38,678 nucleotides of DNA from an uncultured archaeon. Lineage in GTDB: Archaea; Asgardarchaeota; Lokiarchaeia; Helarchaeales; HEL-GB-A. A program made the translations under genes and the position numbers. This document shows, in pieces, positions 33,711 through 38,678 of the stretch. The first letter of the stretch is position 1. The number at the start of each line of letters is the position of its first letter. The stretch is taken from positions 1-38,678 of the forward strand of contig CAYGYC010000002.1 of NCBI GenBank assembly GCA_964353755.1. Reading direction: 5' to 3'. Below the pieces are notes generated by a model. It was not told the DNA's origin. It saw only the letters and a list, made by a program, of their open reading frames with translations, and ran no database searches.

Positions 33711-34226
33711 GTGGGAGATATTATAATTGGTAAAGTAATAAGTACCAGCATCGTCTCCTGGAAAATCGATACCAATTCAGCATACGAAGCATCCCTCCAT
33801 GCATCATCTGTTTTAGATCGATCCTTTAATCCGTTGAAAGATGATATTCGAAAACAATTCGATGTAGGAGATTTACTAGCGGCAGAAGTCATTGCATTTA
33901 ATAGAACGAGAGACCCTGTTTTATCAATAAAAGGAAGGGGATTAGGAAAATTAAGAGGAGGACGAATTATAGAGATCCATCCAGCTAAGGTTCCCCGGTT
34001 AATTGGACGAAAAGGGTCAATGATTAATCTAATAAAAAATGAAACGAATAGCCGCATCACCATCGGACAAAATGGATTAGTTTGGGTCAGTGGAAAGGAC
34101 AATGAAACTGAATTGTTGATAGAAAAGTTAATTCGAAAAATTGAGAAAGAGGCTCATACCTCTGGATTAACGGATAGAATAAAAGAACTTATTCAAGAAG
34201 GAATGAAAAAACCTGAGGTGAAATAA
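33711..34226 (+). CDS. rrp4: exosome cap protein Rrp4, S1 + KH portion (tracked with a GTG start)
   Basis: The S1 domain is GDIIIGKVISTSIVSWKIDTNSAYEASLHAS. The KH domain is PAKVPRLIGRKGSMINLIKNETNSRITIGQNGLVWV. The stop abuts the rrp41 ATG. Confidence 0.85.
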   Translation: MGDIIIGKVISTSIVSWKIDTNSAYEASLHASSVLDRSFNPLKDDIRKQFDVGDLLAAEVIAFNRTRDPVLSIKGRGLGKLRGGRIIEIHPAKVPRLIGRKGSMINLIKNETNSRITIGQNGLVWVSGKDNETELLIEKLIRKIEKEAHTSGLTDRIKELIQEGMKKPEVK

Positions 34227-35054
34227 ATGGCTTTATATAGATATCAAGCTCCAAAATCATTAATTGATAAAGAAGGAAAACGGATAGATAATCGAAAATA
34301 TAATGAATTACGCCCCATATCATTTAAAGTCGGAATTTTGCCAAATTGTGATGGCTCTGCTTATATTGAAATGGGCGGAAATAAAATCCTTGCAGGAGTT
34401 TACGGGCCCCGAAAAGTAACCCCCCGCCATCTTGCGCTTCCCAATAAATGTGTGGTCCGGTCATTATATCGCATGGCCACCTTTTCAGTGGATGAAAGAA
34501 AATCACCAGCGCCTAGTCGACGAGAAGTGGAATTGTCTATGGTAATCGCCAATGCATTAGAACCATCTATTTTCGTAGATCAATACCCTAAAACTTTAAT
34601 CGATATAAATATTCAAGTTTTAGCGGCTGATGGAGGCACCCGATGCGCTTCTCTCAATGCCGCCTCCTTGGCTCTCGCAGATGCAGGGATTGCACTCAAA
34701 GATCTAGTTACAGCTGTTGCCGTCGGGAAAGTTAGCGGAAAAATTGTCCTTGATTTAAATGATATTGAAGATAAAGAAGGAGAAGCGGATTTACCGATAG
34801 CCGCCATGCCACAGCATAATGAAATAACCCTGCTTCAATTTGATGGAATAATGACCGAACAGGAGTTTAAAGAAGCCGTAAGTTTGGGGTTAGAAGGAAT
34901 CAAACAAATTTACGTTCTGCAAAAGGAAGCTATTCGGGCAAAATTTGCTGATATTTCTGAAGATATCGCAGAAGAAGGTCCAGAAGATCTTGGTGCTGAA
35001 ATGAAAGACGATAAAAGAGAAAAAAGAAATGAAATGCGTTTCGAGGATGAATGA
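34227..35054 (+). CDS. rrp41: exosome complex exonuclease Rrp41 (RNase PH domain) with acidic C-terminal tail
   Basis: GKRIDNRKYNELRPISFKVGILPNCDGSAYIEMGGNKILAGVYGPR and ADGGTRCASLNAASLALADAGI. Confidence 0.93.
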   Translation: MALYRYQAPKSLIDKEGKRIDNRKYNELRPISFKVGILPNCDGSAYIEMGGNKILAGVYGPRKVTPRHLALPNKCVVRSLYRMATFSVDERKSPAPSRREVELSMVIANALEPSIFVDQYPKTLIDINIQVLAADGGTRCASLNAASLALADAGIALKDLVTAVAVGKVSGKIVLDLNDIEDKEGEADLPIAAMPQHNEITLLQFDGIMTEQEFKEAVSLGLEGIKQIYVLQKEAIRAKFADISEDIAEEGPEDLGAEMKDDKREKRNEMRFEDE

Positions 35055-35881
35055 TCAAAATGGAAACCTACAGAATAATATCAGATTTAGAAAAACGCCA
35101 TATTGAAAATCTTGCGAAAAAAGGACAACGAATTGATGGGCGCGGGCTTAATGAATATCGAGATATCATGATTGAAACAAATTTTATTCCAAAAGCCGAA
35201 GGATCATGCAAAATTTCTCTTGGTAAAACAGAGATTGTTGCAGGTGTGAAAATTTCTACCGGTCCGCCTTATTCGGATACTCCGGAATCTGGCGTTATCA
35301 CCATTAATGCAGAACTTTGCCCTATGGCAGCTCCTCATTTTGAATCGGGTCCACCTAATGAATATTCCGTAGAATTTTCTAGAGTTGTTGATCGTGGCAT
35401 TCGTCATGCTAATATCATCAATAAAGAGAAGCTGATTATTGTACCGAGCGAAAAAGTGTTTATCATCTTCATTGATTTATATGTAATAGGATTTGATGGC
35501 AACTTATTTGATGCTGGGTCATTGGCTGCTGTAAAAGCCTTATCTACTACAATGCTCCCAGAAGTGGATGAAAGCATGATTACTGGTAAAGAGCCTTTGA
35601 AAACTAGAGAAGAATTGAAGTGGCATCCTTTAGAAGTTTTGGACCTCCCTGTTTCAGTAACTGTTGCGAAAATAGGGGACACCTTAATGGTAGATCCGAA
35701 CGCTAATGAAGAGCGAGTTTTAGATAGTAGAATTACCTTCACATTGAATTCCCAAAATGAAATTGTAAGCGCGCAAAAAGGTGAAGCAGGATCTTTCAAG
35801 GTTGATGAAATCTATAAGGCGCTCGGAATGGCTCAGGAAGTCGCTCCGAAGCTCCGAAAATACCTTCAACCTTCCTCTTAA
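35051..35881 (+). CDS. rrp42: exosome complex component Rrp42 (inactive RNase PH subunit)
   Basis: GQRIDGRGLNEYRDIMIETNFIPKAEGSCKISLGKTEIVAGVK. It overlaps rrp41 through an ATGA start/stop junction. Confidence 0.9.
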   Translation: MIKMETYRIISDLEKRHIENLAKKGQRIDGRGLNEYRDIMIETNFIPKAEGSCKISLGKTEIVAGVKISTGPPYSDTPESGVITINAELCPMAAPHFESGPPNEYSVEFSRVVDRGIRHANIINKEKLIIVPSEKVFIIFIDLYVIGFDGNLFDAGSLAAVKALSTTMLPEVDESMITGKEPLKTREELKWHPLEVLDLPVSVTVAKIGDTLMVDPNANEERVLDSRITFTLNSQNEIVSAQKGEAGSFKVDEIYKALGMAQEVAPKLRKYLQPSS

Positions 35882-35972
35882 ATTTTTTTAAAAAAATTTT
35901 TAATATCTTGAATGTTACATTTACCTAAAACCGATAAAAAAATAAAAAATAAAAAAAAGAGTTGGATTTCCT

Positions 35973-36251
35973 TTGGGTGGAAATACGAAAAAAGTTGGTA
36001 TTACCGGAAGATTTGGCGCACGTTATGGATCTACTGTCCGAAAGAGAGTTAGAAAAGTTGAAGAGCGCATGAAACAGCCTCATAAATGTCCGCGCTGTCT
36101 AACAAAAGCTGTTCATCGGCTAGCTGTGGGGATCTGGCAATGTCGAAAATGTAGTTTGAAATTTTCAGGTGGCGCCTATATGCCAGAAACCGCCGAAGGA
36201 CGAAAAGCTACCCGAGGAACTAAACGTATCGCAAGTCAGACGCAAGAATAG
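35973..36251 (+). CDS. rpl37ae: ribosomal protein eL43 (L37Ae)
   Basis: TKKVGITGRFGARYGSTVRKRVRKVEE plus Zn ribbon CPRC...CRKC. TTG start. Confidence 0.93.
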   Translation: MGGNTKKVGITGRFGARYGSTVRKRVRKVEERMKQPHKCPRCLTKAVHRLAVGIWQCRKCSLKFSGGAYMPETAEGRKATRGTKRIASQTQE

Positions 36252-36271
36252 AATAATTCTCTAACCTGTAA

Positions 36272-36535
36272 GTGGAACCCGAAGTGGAAAGTATAAACGC
36301 AACTATTGCAATCAAATTTAGCGATTCTGACACGGCTGAAACTTTCTTTGCGGCTTTAGAGCCTGAGACTTTAAATACTTTAACAGATAGGTCGTCTATT
36401 TCTATTAAAAAAGAAAAGGATACTATTCAGCTTGAAGTGAATGCTAAAGATATAATAGCATTTCGTTCTACATTAAACTCCTATTTAATTTGGATGAAAG
36501 TGCTCTTCGCTATTGATGAGCTATTCAACCGTTAA
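36272..36535 (+). CDS. pcc1: KEOPS complex subunit Pcc1
   Basis: ATIAIKFSDSDTAETFFAALEPE...IQLEVNAKDIIAFRSTLNSYLIWMKV fits the Pcc1/CTAG pattern (A.D...LRAs.NS.LR). The superoperon position is conserved. GTG start. Confidence 0.75.
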   Translation: MEPEVESINATIAIKFSDSDTAETFFAALEPETLNTLTDRSSISIKKEKDTIQLEVNAKDIIAFRSTLNSYLIWMKVLFAIDELFNR

Positions 36536-36681
36536 CTGATCCTCCAACTCATCCTTAAAGGTTAGTTGAAAAATCCAAAATTTCAAATATACAAAACTCG
36601 GTAAAAAAGTATAGGAAAAATTTATTATAACTTTTAAAAAATGAGAGCGAATTATAATTTATAAAAAAAAGTGAGAAGAAT

Positions 36682-37068
36682 ATGGCAAAAATACCGCCTC
36701 AACTTCAAGATCAATTCTATAAATTCCAACAATTACAGCAAAAGGTAGAAATTTTAGGCAATCAACGTTTACAGCTCGAAAGAGATTTGAAAGAAACCGA
36801 AAGCGCATTGGCAGAATTAGAAAAATTAGTAGATCAAAATGCCGTCGTATTTAAAACGATTGGGGCAATACTCGTCAAAGCGAATAAAGACAAAGTAAAA
36901 GAGGAATTAAGCGATCATAAAGAAACGCTTGATATGAGAATTAAAACCATTCAGAGACAAGAGGAACGAGCAAAGCAAGATTTAGAGGAAAAACGAACGG
37001 CTATTCAAACTGCCTTGCAACAAGCCCAAATGGGCGCTGGTGGAAGTGGATTTCCAGGACCCATGTAA
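36682..37068 (+). CDS. pfdB: prefoldin subunit beta
   Basis: Coiled coil, beta hairpin, coiled coil: FQQLQQKVEILGNQRLQLERDLKETESALAELEKL...VFKTIGAILVKANKDKVKEELSDHKETLDMRIKTIQRQEE. Confidence 0.9.
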   Translation: MAKIPPQLQDQFYKFQQLQQKVEILGNQRLQLERDLKETESALAELEKLVDQNAVVFKTIGAILVKANKDKVKEELSDHKETLDMRIKTIQRQEERAKQDLEEKRTAIQTALQQAQMGAGGSGFPGPM

Positions 37069-37129
37069 TTTACTTAATCCACTCTATTTTTCTTAATTAT
37101 CTTTAAATGATGATCGTTTCGCGACGTTT

Positions 37130-37435
37130 ATGAATCCAAAAATTCCTCTTTCCGTTCAAAATTTATCCGCTGAACAGCTAGAGAATATACTTTTCCTCGC
37201 AGAACAAGTCGCACGTAAATATATCTCCTCTCAAATTCCCTCTAAAGAAATAAAAAATTTAGAAGTATTGATAGAATTTGATACCACCACTGAATTTAAA
37301 CTCGAATGTATAATTGATATCCAATTAATTAGGCATTCAAAAATCAACCCCCAAAAAATCACCGATCAAGCTGTCCAAAAAGTCTTCGAGTTCATTGAAA
37401 AAGAACTGAATTTAACGCCTTCCGAACCGTCCTAG
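37130..37435 (+). CDS. small conserved-looking hypothetical protein (possibly DUF3194-like)
   Basis: 101-aa ORF in the superoperon tail. The family assignment is from memory only. Confidence 0.5.
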   Translation: MNPKIPLSVQNLSAEQLENILFLAEQVARKYISSQIPSKEIKNLEVLIEFDTTTEFKLECIIDIQLIRHSKINPQKITDQAVQKVFEFIEKELNLTPSEPS

Positions 37436-37677
37436 CCCATAAACATGGGCAGCACGACCATAATTATTACCATTACCGCAATCATAACCGCCATGCATAT
37501 CCAGGTGTTTTTGTTCTTACCTTTTTGCTTATTTTTCCAATCCGCATATTCTTTCTCACACGTTGGAGAGCAGAATTCCTTATCGGGCGCGTTGGCGAGT
37601 CCACACACTAAACAGTGTTTGTGCGGTTCCCAGCGTTTTATCCATTTTTTCCGTTTAAGTCTCTCTTCAACTGCCAT
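37432..37677 (-). CDS. Zn-ribbon protein (DUF2116-like) with C-terminal TM helix
   Basis: HKHCLVCGLANAPDKEFCSPTCEKEY, then the hydrophobic WICMAVMIAVMVIIMVVLPMFMG. Confidence 0.6.
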   Translation of the reverse strand: MAVEERLKRKKWIKRWEPHKHCLVCGLANAPDKEFCSPTCEKEYADWKNKQKGKNKNTWICMAVMIAVMVIIMVVLPMFMG

Positions 37678-37756
37678 GATTATTGCCCGAATACCATTGG
37701 TAAAAAACTATAAAATTATAACTATTTAAAATTATATCCTCGCTCCGGGAAAAAAA

Positions 37757-38446
37757 TTAGAACACAATTCGTGTGCCGATTTTTTCTCCTTTTACTACTT
37801 TAACTATGTTCTCCGGATTTTTACCTGAGATGAAATGGGTATAAATTTTTGAGCGTTCCACGATTTTTAGGGCGAGGAAGTCAAACAATCGATAGTGGCC
37901 TGCGGTATTTGCATCAGGTTTATTGATGAGTTCGAAAAGTTGTTTGGTGGTAATTTCATCAAGTTTCTTTGCCGCGGGATTTACGGCGGGATCTTCGGCA
38001 TATACACCATCGACATCCGTCACATCGATAAGCATATTGGCGCCGAGGAGTTCTGCAACGATTGCGGCGACTGCGTTTGTGGATTGGCCCGGCGTAAGTC
38101 CCCCTAGGACGACGGCTCGACGGCTCGAAGCGGCTTGCAGCGTTTCTTCAAGGGATCTGGGTGGAATTGGATGCACTAACCCTTTTAAAGCACTGATTAA
38201 AAGTCGCGCATTTACTCGTGACACGCGAATCCCGATATCATCACAATATCCCTCAGAGGCACCTAAAGCACGCATGGCGGTTATATATTTTCTGGCTTCG
38301 GTACCGCCCCCCACTACAACGACAATTTCATGACCTTCTTTCAATAGTGATTCAATATTCCTTGCAATCTGCTTGATTTCGGCTACATTAATTTGCCCCT
38401 CTTTATTGAGAAGCAAAGAGCCCCCGATTTTAATTACTATTTTCAT
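37757..38446 (-). CDS. pyrH: UMP kinase (archaeal type)
   Basis: Amino-acid-kinase fold: KIVIKIGGSLL, VVVVGGGTEARKY, DVDGVYAEDP. The 229-aa length fits archaeal PyrH. Confidence 0.93.
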   Translation of the reverse strand: MKIVIKIGGSLLLNKEGQINVAEIKQIARNIESLLKEGHEIVVVVGGGTEARKYITAMRALGASEGYCDDIGIRVSRVNARLLISALKGLVHPIPPRSLEETLQAASSRRAVVLGGLTPGQSTNAVAAIVAELLGANMLIDVTDVDGVYAEDPAVNPAAKKLDEITTKQLFELINKPDANTAGHYRLFDFLALKIVERSKIYTHFISGKNPENIVKVVKGEKIGTRIVF

Positions 38447-38526
38447 TGACTAACACCTTATCTTTATTTCAATTCTCTTTTCCTTTGCGGCTTCCTTCTC
38501 TTACCATTAGATCTTTTAATTACTAG

Positions 38527-38678
38527 TTATGAATTCTTACTATCATTTAAAATTTTTGACATGACGATTGCCTTAAATGCTGGTAATTCTACGAGTGGAA
38601 TATTACCCCCTTGCCCCAATTCAGGTTTGCCTCCGCCACGACCACCCACCTCTTTGGTAATCACCCGTACCAAATTTC
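38527..38678 (-). CDS. 3' end of an alanyl-tRNA synthetase / AlaX-type gene (DHHA1 C-terminal region); 5' part lies outside the window
   Basis: My minus-strand translation is ...NLVRVITKEVGGRGGGKPELGQGGNIPLVELPAFKAIVMSKILNDSKNS*. The GGxGGG(K/R)P(E/D).xQGG block is characteristic of the AlaRS/AlaX C-terminus. Confidence 0.55.
   Translation of the reverse strand, partial: NLVRVITKEVGGRGGGKPELGQGGNIPLVELPAFKAIVMSKILNDSKNS

Noticed and set aside
33663-33711. I considered a bulge-helix-bulge mini-intron or translational bypass that would remove the 24-nt stop-containing insert in rrp4. Possible pairings found were 33663-33671 with 33703-33711 (8 of 9 bp) and a 5-bp hairpin 33678-33682/33691-33695.
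   Set aside because: I could not build a canonical 3-4-3 BHB whose cleavage sites remove the TAA. Cutting within the repeated GCGTA bulge candidates leaves GCG TAA intact. There is no matching take-off/landing codon pair for bypassing. The pairings are AT-rich and could be chance.
33665-34102. These are antisense or alternative-frame tracked ORFs inside well-supported genes: 450..662, 948..1142, 1302..1544, 1570..1776, 2518..2715, 3642..3827, 4837..5022, 5344..5601, 6037..6291, 6047..6280, 6336..6689, 7985..8167, 8134..8385, 8758..8955, 9808..10026, 10397..10597, 12445..12729, 12708..13028, 16094..16345, 16331..16516, 18339..18575, 20571..20786, 21060..21320, 26106..26345, 26177..26362, 27386..27589, 29134..29424, 30226..30426, 31432..31632, 32959..33207, 33665..34102, 34324..34506, 34613..34807, 35204..35407, 35404..35799, 37445..37729, 37895..38107 and 37923..38333.
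   Set aside because: All of them overlap genes with strong family signatures on the other strand or frame. Their composition is low in complexity or skewed, and none has a recognisable motif. I treat them as shadow ORFs.
34960-35054. Rrp41 has an acidic ~30-aa C-terminal extension (EDIAEEGPEDLGAEMKDDKREKRNEMRFEDE).
   Set aside because: Lineage-specific charged tails are common, and nothing in the sequence indicates a separate function.

Overview
AT-rich archaeal chromosomal segment with about 45 protein genes. I found no rRNA, tRNA, CRISPR array, transposase or integrase. The right half (27.3-38.7 kb) is core information processing. It holds TFS, RpoL, Csl4, a METTL5/COG2263-type methyltransferase and enolase. 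These are followed by the classical archaeal exosome superoperon (proteasome alpha, SBDS, Rrp4, Rrp41, Rrp42, eL43/L37Ae, Pcc1, prefoldin beta), UMP kinase and the 3' end of an AlaRS/AlaX-type gene. The left half is accessory and eukaryote-flavoured. It starts with an ArsA/Get3 ATPase next to an SDS22-class leucine-rich-repeat protein. Next is a six-gene glycerol-phosphate cluster (FGGY kinase, FAD G3P dehydrogenase, membrane protein, CCG Fe-S subunit, alkyl-DHAP-synthase-like flavoprotein, small zinc ribbon). An island at 9.6-16.3 kb holds a longin/roadblock-like domain fused to a membrane domain, a secernin-like C69 peptidase, a wHTH plus two membrane proteins, and an Arf-like small GTPase overlapping a longin/roadblock-like + wHTH fusion gene. 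After that come class II RNR, a beta-RFAP-synthase-like GHMP protein, and two very large membrane-anchored surface proteins (a 1.4k-aa subtilase rich in N-x-S/T sequons and a possible glycosidase). The gene mix (Arf-like GTPase, longin-like modules, LRR, Get3, secernin-like peptidase) suggests an Asgard (Lokiarchaeia-like) archaeon; that is inference, not a database result. The most notable sequence-level oddities are: rrp4 is interrupted by an in-frame TAA inside a 24-nt insertion; a perfect 33-nt duplication spans the csl4 start; a 26-nt direct repeat pair lies in front of a wHTH gene; and two cysteine-rich micro-ORFs fall below the ORF-track cutoff.
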